Part shown: positions 1-9,581 of the stretch, piece after piece
How positions within the stretch are numbered: the first letter of the stretch is position 1
Layout: each line of letters starts with the position of its first letter
From: Candidatus Poribacteria bacterium
GTDB lineage: Bacteria; Poribacteria; WGA-4E; PCPOR2b
Direction: 5' to 3'
Length of the DNA: 64,000 nucleotides
Assembly: GCA_965218095.1 (NCBI GenBank)
Contig: OZ244587.1
Span: 992,001-1,056,000 of the forward strand
Made by a program: the position numbers and the translations under genes
Notes under the pieces: generated by a model
Database searches by the model: none
The model's input: the letters and a program-made list of their open reading frames with translations, nothing else
What the model was told of the DNA's origin: nothing

Positions 1-2
1 TG

Positions 3-755
3 ATCTGCGAAAAGCCGATCGCCGACACGCTCGAAGCGGCGAAGACGATGGTGGGGGCTTCCCAGAAAACCGGTCTTCCCTGCGCGATTATCCAAAATTA
101 TCGTTACGCGCCGAATAAGCAGGAACTGATTCGTATACGGGATGAGGGGAGGCTGGGGCGGCTACAGCATATCGTGGGGCGGTATGCCTGCGACTATCGC
201 CGCTACGAATCGTGGGGGAAGGCGTGGCGGCACGATATGGATTTCAGTCTGCTCTTTGAGGGTTCTGTCCACCATCTCGACATGCTGCGTTTCCTCTCCG
301 GCGGTGACTGCGAGACGCTGATCGGCTTCGGCTGGAATCCAGAGTGGTCGGGTTTCAAGCACTTTTCCAGTGGGTTATATCTGATGCAGATGGACAACGG
401 GGTTCACACCTGTTACGAGGGGAATAGCTCTGCTGCGGGCATCATCAACTGTTGGCATAATGAACATTATCGCGCGGAATTTGAGGAGGGGTGTGTCGAA
501 ATTGCCGGTGAAGATCAGGTCACGATTCACCGGGGCGGTCAGGAGTCGGAGATATACGAAGCACCGGAGATACCCCGCTTCGGTCATGAGTATCTGTTCG
601 ACGAATTTATTAGCTGGCTTGATGGCGGCGAACCTTCTTCGACGCGAATTGAGGACAACATGAAGAGCTTCGCGTTGGTGATTGCGGCGATGGAAACAAC
701 GGTTGACGGACAACCGAAACGGATCGCGGACTACTTGGGCGACTTGGATCTTTGA
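3..755 (+). CDS. Gfo/Idh/MocA family oxidoreductase (5' end outside window)
   Basis: Frame is open from base 3 (ICEKPIA motif) and continues into ORF 48..755, which has SVHHLDMLRFL. Confidence 0.85.
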   Translation: MCEKPIADTLEAAKTMVGASQKTGLPCAIIQNYRYAPNKQELIRIRDEGRLGRLQHIVGRYACDYRRYESWGKAWRHDMDFSLLFEGSVHHLDMLRFLSGGDCETLIGFGWNPEWSGFKHFSSGLYLMQMDNGVHTCYEGNSSAAGIINCWHNEHYRAEFEEGCVEIAGEDQVTIHRGGQESEIYEAPEIPRFGHEYLFDEFISWLDGGEPSSTRIEDNMKSFALVIAAMETTVDGQPKRIADYLGDLDL

Positions 756-896
756 AGATGGTCTCGCGTATCTCAAGATCGGAAAAATGGGTCGAGCGGC
801 TCAAATCTCTGTCGTAAGCCACTCGCCCCTGAAGCACTCATGTCGGTATCTGAATCTCGACCGACGCAGCTCAGATTTCCTGTTCCATCAGATTAG

Positions 897-1991
897 TTAC
901 CATTCACTCGGAATTCGCGCATGTTCGGTGTAGGCCCTGACAATATTGATAATCAGCCCGATGTCGTTGCGGGCGTCGGCAACCGATGTCCGATTGGGGA
1001 TACCTTCGGTGATGCTTGCGTGGAAGTGACGGATTTCACGGCTGAAAGCACTCTCCCATTCTATCGCCGGCTCCTTGAGAACCGTTGTACCATCTGCGTC
1101 TATCTCATGTACCGTTACCGTAGAGAGGATGCCGCGCGAAAAGCCTGTGGGGTACTTAACGATCACGCGCTTGGTATCGCCGTAAATCTCCAGCGTCTCC
1201 TTGAAGTCCCACAGTCCAGGGATGGCCGCCCATGTATAAACAAGGCGCACCCCGTTTGGGTATTCAAGTATCGTGTTGATTGCACGCCCCCCATTCCAGA
1301 TCTCCGTGCTGACGACGTTGGTTGGCACGCCGAGCATGATGCGGAAGCCGTAGAGATCATGGATGCCGCTGCCGGAGAGCGTGGAGAAGGCGGCCCTGGC
1401 AGCGTCGGGTGCGTCTCCGATGGCATCGCGAAGCGCTGCGTCTCGATCTTCACCCGCTTCACGCATTGCGTCTGGCAGGAGATCATCGAATCGCGTGATC
1501 CGAAAGTTGCGGAGATGGAGGTCATTACCGCAATGCAGGTGATTTGCCTGCACGAACCGGATGTCGTCCATCTGATCGACTTCTCGCTTGGCAACCTCAA
1601 ACGCGGGGTCGTGCACTTTCATGTACCCTGTCTGCCCGACCTTCCCCGATTCCCGATATGCGGAGATGATGGCGTCCGCTTCCTGAAGGGAGAAGCACAT
1701 CGGTTTTTCAATGAAGACATGCTTTCCTGCGTTGAAGGTTGCCACCGCTACCTTTGTCTTTGGATCGGTGTGGCAGAGCAGGACCGCGTCTACGTCAGAT
1801 TCGAGGAGTTCGCGGTAATCCGTCACATGGTTAGGAATGTGGAACGCCTGGGCGGCATACTCAGCGGCGCCTGGCGACTTATCGCAGACCACCGTGACCT
1901 CAAATTCGTCCCTGAGCGCCGTCAAGTTGGGTAGATGATGAACCTGAGCAATTGCCCCACAGCCGATAACGCCGATACGTACTTTCTTCAT
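897..1991 (-). CDS. Gfo/Idh/MocA family oxidoreductase
   Basis: IGVIGCGAIA Rossmann motif, HVFIEKPM motif. Confidence 0.9.
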   Translation of the reverse strand: MKKVRIGVIGCGAIAQVHHLPNLTALRDEFEVTVVCDKSPGAAEYAAQAFHIPNHVTDYRELLESDVDAVLLCHTDPKTKVAVATFNAGKHVFIEKPMCFSLQEADAIISAYRESGKVGQTGYMKVHDPAFEVAKREVDQMDDIRFVQANHLHCGNDLHLRNFRITRFDDLLPDAMREAGEDRDAALRDAIGDAPDAARAAFSTLSGSGIHDLYGFRIMLGVPTNVVSTEIWNGGRAINTILEYPNGVRLVYTWAAIPGLWDFKETLEIYGDTKRVIVKYPTGFSRGILSTVTVHEIDADGTTVLKEPAIEWESAFSREIRHFHASITEGIPNRTSVADARNDIGLIINIVRAYTEHARIPSEW

Positions 1992-2046
1992 AGAATCCTC
2001 CTATCTCGTGTGTAGTCCCGTCGACCGGTCAGGAACTTTCAAAATT

Positions 2047-2215
2047 CTAATCACCGAGATTCGCGATCTCCTTCGGAAGGAGCCCTGTTGCTTTGGCAAT
2101 AAGGCCAGCCGCAATTCCCTCTCTCAACATGGAACGCGCAATCTTCCTTTTTTCTCGCTGGCGTCCATTCAAAGGATTCTCGATAGTAGCGTTCAGAGAT
2201 TGCCTCGTCCTTGAT
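2047..2215 (-). pseudogene. C-terminal remnant of an Rpn/YhgA-like (PD-(D/E)XK transposase-like) protein
   Basis: Minus strand reads GRQREKRKIARSMLREGIAAGLIAKATGLLPKEIANLGD*, the typical Rpn C-terminal helix pattern; frameshifted upstream. Confidence 0.55.
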
Positions 2216-2223
2216 TCACTGAT

Positions 2224-3096
2224 TCAAAATGGCATATTCCCTGCGCCTTCTGAATCCTCTTCCGCCGATTGTGCCACGGTCTCAGGTGCTGGCGAGTTTG
2301 TTTGATCGCGGTCGGAAGCAGAGGTCGATTCAGGCTTTTCGGGCACTTCGCTTGATTTAACGGCAGCGTCAAGTTGACGGAGGCGATCTATCAACCCCTT
2401 GAAAAGCTCTGGTGACGATTCAGCGGCTTGCAATTCTGCTGAGAGTTGTGTCCACTGTAACTCTGTCATATCGTTGCGGGATTCAACGCCATAGTGACGT
2501 CTCACGTAGCTCCAGAAATCAGGCTTCGTGATGCCCCGCTGTTCAAGTCGCCCTTCAAGCTTGCCTGCCACCACAAACGCGGCTTTCTGTGCATTGGGGA
2601 TTTTATCAGTCCCGGATGCAGCGGGTAACTCCATCCGAGATTGATCGGGTTGTGTTTGTCGATGCAGGTAGAAGTTGAGCACTTCTTTGATGACCGGCAC
2701 CGGAAGCAACTGTTTAATGGCGTTGCGTTGCGCTTTATGAACCGCTTTTGTGAACGCAAAGGGATCTGTGCGATTGCTCACTCTTTTAGCTTGTTCATAA
2801 GCACCGTAACGCGAAGATCCGGTCACTGTATCTGTCGCCTTGGCGATTACAAGCCAGGACTGTTCACGCTCCTCATACTGAATGTCATCGACCTGAATTC
2901 CGCCCCGGCGATTCGCAGCTTCGTTTATCCCCGCCAGGGTTAAGCCTTCGACAATCTTTCCGCCCTGCTTAAATGAGTAGACGTAATCCCGAATCGCTTG
3001 CCCCGTCATCATTTCAACAATCGCTTGATCATCAACCTGATCCAAAACTTCATATTCGGCGACCGGAACAAGCTCATTTTTGGTGTCTTCAGCCAT
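2224..3096 (-). CDS. hypothetical protein, possible Rad52/Sak-like single-strand annealing protein
   Basis: 290 aa ORF with GGAGG RBS; AFTKAVHKAQRNAIKQLLP motif; acidic tail ending NMPF. Confidence 0.6.
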   Translation of the reverse strand: MAEDTKNELVPVAEYEVLDQVDDQAIVEMMTGQAIRDYVYSFKQGGKIVEGLTLAGINEAANRRGGIQVDDIQYEEREQSWLVIAKATDTVTGSSRYGAYEQAKRVSNRTDPFAFTKAVHKAQRNAIKQLLPVPVIKEVLNFYLHRQTQPDQSRMELPAASGTDKIPNAQKAAFVVAGKLEGRLEQRGITKPDFWSYVRRHYGVESRNDMTELQWTQLSAELQAAESSPELFKGLIDRLRQLDAAVKSSEVPEKPESTSASDRDQTNSPAPETVAQSAEEDSEGAGNMPF

Positions 3097-3162
3097 TTTT
3101 ATCCTCCAATCTGTTTACAGGAATATGAAAGGATTCCTGTGAATACCTAATTTTGTCAGGAT

Positions 3163-3191
3163 ATAGTAACAAATTTTATCACATATGTCAA
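3163..3191 (-). promoter_or_regulatory. sigma70-type promoter for the 2224..3096 gene
   Basis: TTGACA-17 bp-TACTAT on minus strand. Confidence 0.65.
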
Positions 3192-3224
3192 TATAAAATA
3201 TTGTTTTGTTAAAACCAGAAGGTC

Positions 3225-4010
3225 TTACATTGAATAATCGCGTTTTTCAAGGCGCCGACAGGAAATCCAAAAGAGTATTGCAGATAGAAGTATATGATAG
3301 AATACCATCCACGCCCAGACCGGTGCAATTCCCAGCAAAACATCAGTTTCAGATCTTACAATAGCGATTAACGCACACAAAGGGCTTAACATGCGCAGCA
3401 GATCCAATAAAACCGCCGGAAAAGCTATCAGTGGCGCCAATGCTGGCGTGATAAGCGGTATAAAAGTAAGCGATAGAACAACGGCGTAACTCCGCGAGAT
3501 TGCGTGAATAGATGAGCCAAGCAAGGTGAGGCTGCTGCCGAGTAAAAAAAACAATGTGAACCCCACAATAAACACCAGACCACACTGAAGCAGTTGATAG
3601 AGCGCCAATCCTCCTGTATAGACTGACAACCAAAAGAGTGGAATCGCCAGCCAAACACACCATGATGTGGCGATGAGCGCCCCCATCAGTTTACCGAATA
3701 GGAACTTCCGATAACCGATGGGTGTGAGATTGAGTAAGCTCCAATTGGAGCTTTGCCGTTCAATCCGACATGACTCAACGGCTTGCAGAGGGACAGCAAG
3801 GCCAAGTAAGACACAAAAAAAGAGTGGTACTAATATGGCGTAAATGCTTTCACCAACGTGAATCTGTGGTCGCCCGCGGCTCGATGCAAATTGCTCGAAT
3901 GCTGTGGCAAACAGCGTAAAAGCAAGAGTGCATAAAATAATAAGCTGAATACGGCGATACTTTGGTTGGTGTGCATAACATCGCAACTCTTTAATAATCA
4001 GGGCGATCAT
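3225..4010 (-). CDS. ABC-2 type transporter permease-like membrane protein
   Basis: Multiple TM helices; ERQSSNWSLLNLTP...FLFGKL pattern of ABC-2 permeases. Confidence 0.7.
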   Translation of the reverse strand: MIALIIKELRCYAHQPKYRRIQLIILCTLAFTLFATAFEQFASSRGRPQIHVGESIYAILVPLFFCVLLGLAVPLQAVESCRIERQSSNWSLLNLTPIGYRKFLFGKLMGALIATSWCVWLAIPLFWLSVYTGGLALYQLLQCGLVFIVGFTLFFLLGSSLTLLGSSIHAISRSYAVVLSLTFIPLITPALAPLIAFPAVLLDLLRMLSPLCALIAIVRSETDVLLGIAPVWAWMVFYHILLSAILFWISCRRLEKRDYSM

Positions 4011-4241
4011 CTGTTTATTGCAGGCTCCACAGAGTCTCGTAAGGAATTGTATCGTCGTTGCAGAAATTGAGTTTACATAACATTATAACCGATCTTGATA
4101 ACATGAGCAAGGTTAAGCTGCTAAGCTATCAAAAATGCTTGAACATTAAGAACGAATGTGTTAATCTATTGACATCGTTGTTGCCTCCGAGCAACTTGTT
4201 CTCACAACGATTATGCCCTTAGTTTACAGGAGATAATTAAG

Positions 4242-5216
4242 ATGGAAAAGCGTTTTTCTAAAGTACTACAGATACTCTCAACGATGATGGTACTTACCTT
4301 AGTTCTACTGAGCCGTCTTCATGCGGCTTACAATGGCGAGTGCTGGGTCATCAGCCGCGGTAATATCGTTCGTAAACTTAACGCCGACGGTTTGCTAGAT
4401 CCAACAATAATACCTAATCTTACGCAGGCGCAAGCCGCGGTGGTGAATCCTAAAGATGGCATCGTTTGGATAGCAGTGTCCGCTGCGCACGTTGTCTTCA
4501 GATATGACCCTTCAAGCCAAGATCCAAACCAGGCATTCAAGCAACTTCCTGAAATCAAACGTCCTCATTCGGTCTCAATCAACCCGATTGATGGTACGGT
4601 TTGGATAGGCGGGGAAGATATTGTCCAGAAGTTTTCAGCCGATGGTAGTCAGGTACTTGCGACAATTACTGATGTATACGAACCCGAAGTTGCGGTCAAC
4701 ACGACCGACGGCAGTTGTTGGGTGACGGACTCCAGGGGGAAAATTACCCGGCATAGTGCTACCGGTGCGGTCGCCGCTGCCTCCCCTGTGCAACTCAAAG
4801 AACCCAAGTATGTCGCGGTGAATTCTAAAACCGGTAATGCTTGGGTGACTGATCCTCATGCCAATGTTATCGTAAAATTGAATCCAAGCGGTCAGGAAGT
4901 GCTCAGAATTATTGATATTAAGCTTCCCATCTCTCCGAGCGTCAACCAGAAAGATGGCAATCTTTGGGTTGTGGCCGACTCCAATACCCTCGTTAAGTTA
5001 TCTGCGGACGGCCAAAAACTTCTGGAAGTCCCTGCTGGGATGGCGATTCTCTCAATGTGCGTCAATTCCCAAGATGGAAGCGTTTGGGCCGCGGATCAGG
5101 TTGGATCGACCTTTACAGGCGCCGTCAGTAAATTTTCCGCCAACGGACAGCAGTTGTTTGAAGTTGCGATCCCGAACCCCTCTTTCGTTTCTGTTGGGAA
5201 TTGGTCCGGACCGTGA
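4242..5216 (+). CDS. secreted beta-propeller repeat protein (NHL/Vgb-like)
   Basis: Signal peptide; about 7 repeats of VxVNxxDGxxWV. Confidence 0.8.
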   Translation: MEKRFSKVLQILSTMMVLTLVLLSRLHAAYNGECWVISRGNIVRKLNADGLLDPTIIPNLTQAQAAVVNPKDGIVWIAVSAAHVVFRYDPSSQDPNQAFKQLPEIKRPHSVSINPIDGTVWIGGEDIVQKFSADGSQVLATITDVYEPEVAVNTTDGSCWVTDSRGKITRHSATGAVAAASPVQLKEPKYVAVNSKTGNAWVTDPHANVIVKLNPSGQEVLRIIDIKLPISPSVNQKDGNLWVVADSNTLVKLSADGQKLLEVPAGMAILSMCVNSQDGSVWAADQVGSTFTGAVSKFSANGQQLFEVAIPNPSFVSVGNWSGP

Positions 5217-5220
5217 TTTG

Positions 5221-5318
5221 TGAAACGTAATGCGTAATGCGTGATGTGAAATGCGTATTACGTATTACGTATCGCGCCATTAGTCGATTCGCTGGTTCGC
5301 TTGTTCGTTGATCCGTCT
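5221..5318. repeat. degenerate heptamer and octamer tandem repeats forming an imperfect hairpin
   Basis: TGAAACG TAATGCG TAATGCG ... TATTACG TATTACG, followed by 8-mer GxTTCGC repeats. Confidence 0.7.
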
Positions 5319-5376
5319 CTCTCCCTCTCTTCCTACCCAATCCATCTGAACACAACCCACAAAAAGGGGTGATCGT

Positions 5377-7794
5377 ATGTATAGAAGAGCCTGTTTCCTT
5401 TTCCTATTGACACTTGCTTTCGTTGCACTTCACGCACACGCCCAACATACACCCGATTTCGAGGTGGATAGCACAAGTATTACGTTTTCCAACCCTTCTC
5501 CTCTTGAAGGAGAGGAAATCACGATTTACGTCACTGTCAAGAACATTGGGCAAGTGGCGCTGACGCTTAATGAAGATCTGATCGTCAACCTTTACGAGGG
5601 CGCCCCTGCAACAAATCCACTACAGATTATGTGTAGAGACGTGATCTTGGGATTGCAGCCCGGTAAGTCCGACAAAGTCAAAGCGCAATGGCGTCCACCC
5701 CCCGGAACAACTGAAGTTTATGCCCTCGTCAATCCACGCGGGAACAAGAAGGAGATCCAGGAAGCCAACCACAGCAATAACATTGCTCACACGTCGATTA
5801 CAGCAGCGCCGCGTACATTCCCCAAGGCAACTTCTGCACAGATCCAAACTGCTATTCAACGGGGGGTAGCGTGGGTGAAATCCCAGCGAGGGAAACATAA
5901 CCGAACCTGTTTGCAATGTGACACCAAAAACCAACTGATCTCAGTTTGCGTCATCTGCGGAGCAACCCTCAAAGGTTTACCCGAAGATCTTCTGCCCGGT
6001 CCTGCATGGGATTTCGGGGAAGACAGTACGCAAGAAACCGCGATCGCATTACTTGCATTGCTCTCCGCTGGTGTTCCTGTCTCAGATCCAGCTATGCAGC
6101 AAGGACTGGATTTCCTCATGTCTCAAGACTGGAATATTTTCCAGATCTATCAGCTTGCCATTCTTACGCCGGCGCTTATCGCTACCAATGATCCGGAATA
6201 CCGGCAACGCGCCCAGTTTGCGGTGAATCAGCTTGTGAAGGCTCAATTGCCGGTTGGCGGAGATGAATTCTCAGATCCAAGGGATGATGGCGGTTGGGGC
6301 TATGGTGCGACCGCCGACGGGGCGCATATGAACATGGTAATCTACGCACTTTACGCTGCAAAACAGTGGGGACTTGAGATACCAAAAAAGACCTGGGAGC
6401 GTGCAGAAAAATGGGTCCGTGGGAACCAAACGGAGACGGGTGGATGGCTCTACAATCTCATTGATGAAGGTTCACCTTGGGCGGAGGGCGTCTACGGCAG
6501 CATGACAGGAACAGGACTTTGGGCGCTCCGCGCCTGTGGCGTACCTGTTGAAGATGCACAGGTTCAGAAGGGACTAGAGTGGATCAAAAATTATTGGTCG
6601 CTTACCCGCAATCCCGGAGCGACTTCATGGCACTATTACTATCTCGTCTCGCTACAACGCTTCTGTGACATTCCCCCCAAACTAGAGATGCTTGTCGGGC
6701 ATAATTGGTATGAGGACATAGCCAGTATGCTCGTCACCGAGCAACAACCTGATGGGCGCTGGATCGATCACGAGGACTATTTCCCGACAACCTGCTTTGC
6801 CCTGATGTTTCTGACTCGCGCCCTGCCGAGACCGACTCACCCAGATCTGGGAGCCGTTAATCGCAGTCTTCGATTTTCTCCGCCCGCGCCGCGCGTTGGT
6901 GAACCTGTGCGGATCAGTGTGACATTGACAAACACAGGGACTCCACTCGATGCAACCGTTCAGGTCGATTTTTATGACGGGAATCCGGATGGGGGTGGCA
7001 AAAAGATCTATTCTCAAGAAGTCCTCTTTAGCAGCAATTTCGACGAAACGACGACTGCAATCAACTGGGTAGCAACCGAGGTTGGAACACATGAAATCTA
7101 TAGCATAGTTGATCCATACGAGCAGGTTGCGGATTTGAACCGCAGCGACAATATCATATCGCAGGAGCTAACCATCCGTCCAAAGTCTGCTGATGCCATC
7201 GATTCCGATACCGCTGTCCGCAAAATCGGCGATGGCGTATACCAGATTGGTAATGTCACCGTCAATGTCAATAATCGTGAAGTCATCACGACCGGTGAAA
7301 TCAATATCATCAGCGACGATACCATCATCGAGTTTTTTGCGGTTGGCAAACTTGGCAAAACACATGAAAGCCTCATTATGCTTGACGCCGAACCCATGCA
7401 TATACAGGTTGCATTACTCCGCTTGAACATGGATGCGGGCATGAACCTGACTGTTGAAGGTGATCCGCACACCCCTCAAGGTGATCCGGTTGAGATCTGG
7501 GTGGAGTGGGAACGCAGTGGGAAAACCATCCGCCATCGCGCCGAAGAGTTAGTATGGAACACGATCGGAGGACACCCAATGCAGCAAACCCATTGGGTTT
7601 TCACAGGTGGGCGCTTCATCCGCAACCAATTCACCGCACAACTGTTCCACAATGTCATTGCTGTCTACCGCGACCCCGACTCGATTTTCAATCACCCGCT
7701 GCCCGGTGGTAAAGACGATCGAACCTACCGCGTCAATACGGATATCGTGCCGCCCAAAGGCACCTCGGTGAGAGTCATCGCCCAACAGATATAA
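5377..7794 (+). CDS. secreted multidomain protein: CARDB - prenyltransferase/squalene oxidase repeat barrel - CARDB - YdjY-like domain
   Basis: Signal peptide; CARDB motifs (VNPRGNKKEIQEANHSNN, VDPYEQVADLNRSDN); QW-like motifs (DDGGWGY, ETGGWLY, QQPDGRW); C-terminal GKTHESLI...WVFTGG. Confidence 0.75.
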   Translation: MYRRACFLFLLTLAFVALHAHAQHTPDFEVDSTSITFSNPSPLEGEEITIYVTVKNIGQVALTLNEDLIVNLYEGAPATNPLQIMCRDVILGLQPGKSDKVKAQWRPPPGTTEVYALVNPRGNKKEIQEANHSNNIAHTSITAAPRTFPKATSAQIQTAIQRGVAWVKSQRGKHNRTCLQCDTKNQLISVCVICGATLKGLPEDLLPGPAWDFGEDSTQETAIALLALLSAGVPVSDPAMQQGLDFLMSQDWNIFQIYQLAILTPALIATNDPEYRQRAQFAVNQLVKAQLPVGGDEFSDPRDDGGWGYGATADGAHMNMVIYALYAAKQWGLEIPKKTWERAEKWVRGNQTETGGWLYNLIDEGSPWAEGVYGSMTGTGLWALRACGVPVEDAQVQKGLEWIKNYWSLTRNPGATSWHYYYLVSLQRFCDIPPKLEMLVGHNWYEDIASMLVTEQQPDGRWIDHEDYFPTTCFALMFLTRALPRPTHPDLGAVNRSLRFSPPAPRVGEPVRISVTLTNTGTPLDATVQVDFYDGNPDGGGKKIYSQEVLFSSNFDETTTAINWVATEVGTHEIYSIVDPYEQVADLNRSDNIISQELTIRPKSADAIDSDTAVRKIGDGVYQIGNVTVNVNNREVITTGEINIISDDTIIEFFAVGKLGKTHESLIMLDAEPMHIQVALLRLNMDAGMNLTVEGDPHTPQGDPVEIWVEWERSGKTIRHRAEELVWNTIGGHPMQQTHWVFTGGRFIRNQFTAQLFHNVIAVYRDPDSIFNHPLPGGKDDRTYRVNTDIVPPKGTSVRVIAQQI

Positions 7795-8028
7795 AATCGG
7801 GCACAGGAGTAAACGAATCGGCGAACCAGCAAATCGACAGATGGGCAAATAGGCATGATTCGAGAATCAAATCATTTGTCGTTGAAGGAGAGAGGTGAGA
7901 AGTCAGATGTCTCGCGCATTTGTCGCGCCGAATGAACTCTCTATCTGACGGTCGTTCTTATGCGTGTATTGTAGTAGAGTCTTGGCAGGTTGCTCCGCAA
8001 CGCAAACCCATTCGTTGAAAAGGTGTTA

Positions 8029-8165
8029 ATGGTGAACATTCACGATAGCGAATACAAGCATCTTCGTCTCGATCTATCGGGGAAGCTATTCTCAAATCGG
8101 ACGATATTTCGTCAACTGCTTGAGACCTTCATCAAGGAAGAGTGGGTGAATCATCTCGATTTCGC
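8029..8165 (+). pseudogene. N-terminal stub of an Rpn family recombination-promoting nuclease/putative transposase
   Basis: MVNIHDSEYK...LFSNRTIFRQLLETFIKEEWVNHLDF matches the Rpn N-terminus, then breaks off. Confidence 0.6.
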
Positions 8166-8219
8166 GAGATATAGTGTAAATCACCATTTTCATCTTCATA
8201 GAGTTATCCCGTGACAAAC

Positions 8220-9341
8220 ATGATTATTGGCATTCCGAAAGAGATTAAGTCATCAGAATATCGCGTCTCAATGCTACCTGTCGGCGTTGAACAACTGGTT
8301 CAAGCCGGCCACACCGTCTGCGTCGAAGTTGATGCAGGCATCGGCAGTGGTATACCGAATGAAGATTACGTTGTGGCAGGCGCGGAGTTACTGGAAACGA
8401 GCGCCGAAGTCTTCGATGCCGCAGATCTCATCGTCAAGGTCAAAGAACCACTGCCAGAAGAATACGATTATTTGCATGAAGGCCAGATTGTTTTTACCTA
8501 CCTCCACTTCGCCGCAAACGAAGATTTGATGCGTGCGATGCTCGACCGAAAGGTCATCTGCGTGGCGTACGAGACGATTCAGACAGCAGACGGGGAACTT
8601 CCGCTGCTCACACCGATGAGTGAAGTTGCTGGAAAGATGGCGATTCAAGAAGGCGCAAAGTACCTTGAAAGACCGATGATGGGACGGGGAATCTTGCTCG
8701 GTGGGGTTACTGGCGTTGCGCCCGCGAAAGTCCTGATCGTCGGCGGTGGGATTGTCGGCACGAACGCCGCTAAAGTCGCAGCCGGACTTGGTGCAGAGGT
8801 GATCATCATGGATGTGAACCTCCGTCGCCTGCGCTATCTCGATGATATTATGCCCTCCAACGTCGTAACCTTAATGTCCGATCCGCACGCGATTCGTGAA
8901 AAGGCCAGGGAGGTCGATCTGCTGATTGGCGCGGTATTGATCCCGGGGCGGCGTGCGCCTCATCTCGTCACGGAGGAGATGGTCAGCACAATGAGACCCG
9001 GTGCGGTGATTATTGATGTCGCCGTCGATCAGGGCGGCTGCATCGAAACAACGCACCCCACCACGCACCAGGCTCCGACATTCATCAAACACGGCATCGT
9101 CCACTACTGCGTGGAGAATATGCCCGGCGCTGTTGGACGGACTTCGACGTATGCACTGGCAAATGTGACCCGTCCTTATGTTCTTGCGCTCGCTAACAAA
9201 GGCTGGAAAGGTGCGATGCGTGAAGATGACGCTTTGGCTAAGGGCTTGAACACTGCTGACGGAAAGATCTGTTTTCAAGCAGTAGCGGAGGCGTTTGGGA
9301 TGGCGCATTGTCCGGCAGAGGCGTTAATTTCTGATTCATAA
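8220..9341 (+). CDS. ald: alanine dehydrogenase
   Basis: IGIPKEIK, VKVKEP, FTYLHFA, GGGIVG, DVAVDQGGC, HYCVENMPGAV motifs. Confidence 0.95.
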   Translation: MIIGIPKEIKSSEYRVSMLPVGVEQLVQAGHTVCVEVDAGIGSGIPNEDYVVAGAELLETSAEVFDAADLIVKVKEPLPEEYDYLHEGQIVFTYLHFAANEDLMRAMLDRKVICVAYETIQTADGELPLLTPMSEVAGKMAIQEGAKYLERPMMGRGILLGGVTGVAPAKVLIVGGGIVGTNAAKVAAGLGAEVIIMDVNLRRLRYLDDIMPSNVVTLMSDPHAIREKAREVDLLIGAVLIPGRRAPHLVTEEMVSTMRPGAVIIDVAVDQGGCIETTHPTTHQAPTFIKHGIVHYCVENMPGAVGRTSTYALANVTRPYVLALANKGWKGAMREDDALAKGLNTADGKICFQAVAEAFGMAHCPAEALISDS

Positions 9342-9349
9342 AAACAGCT

Positions 9350-9490
9350 ATGAATATGCGTTTTATTCTTGAGTGCATCCATGCTCAAAATTACCGCATC
9401 ACACGACATGCACGCATCGTGATGGTTGAACGCGATATTTCAATGCAGAGAGTGGAGCAAGCTCTTGAATTGGGGGAGATTATCGAGCGG
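9350..9490 (+). pseudogene. truncated DUF4258-like (toxin-type) gene stub
   Basis: YRITRHARIVMVERDISMQRVEQALELGEIIE, then an unrelated tail. Confidence 0.5.
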
Positions 9491-9581
9491 CGCAAAGAAT
9501 TAGAGCCAATCCGAGTTACAAAAGTTCCCGTGTTTTCGATGGAGTCTGTCTTAGATAAAGGAAAAACTCTAACAGGATCAA

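Noticed and set aside
921-1934. Long antisense ORFs (also 15819..16715, 26151..26945, 56567..57577, 57617..58450)
   Set aside because: They are shadows of well-supported genes on the opposite strand and have no recognisable motifs
5221-5318. CRISPR array suggested by periodic repeats
   Set aside because: Units are degenerate 7-8 nt tandem repeats without unique spacers, and no cas genes are present
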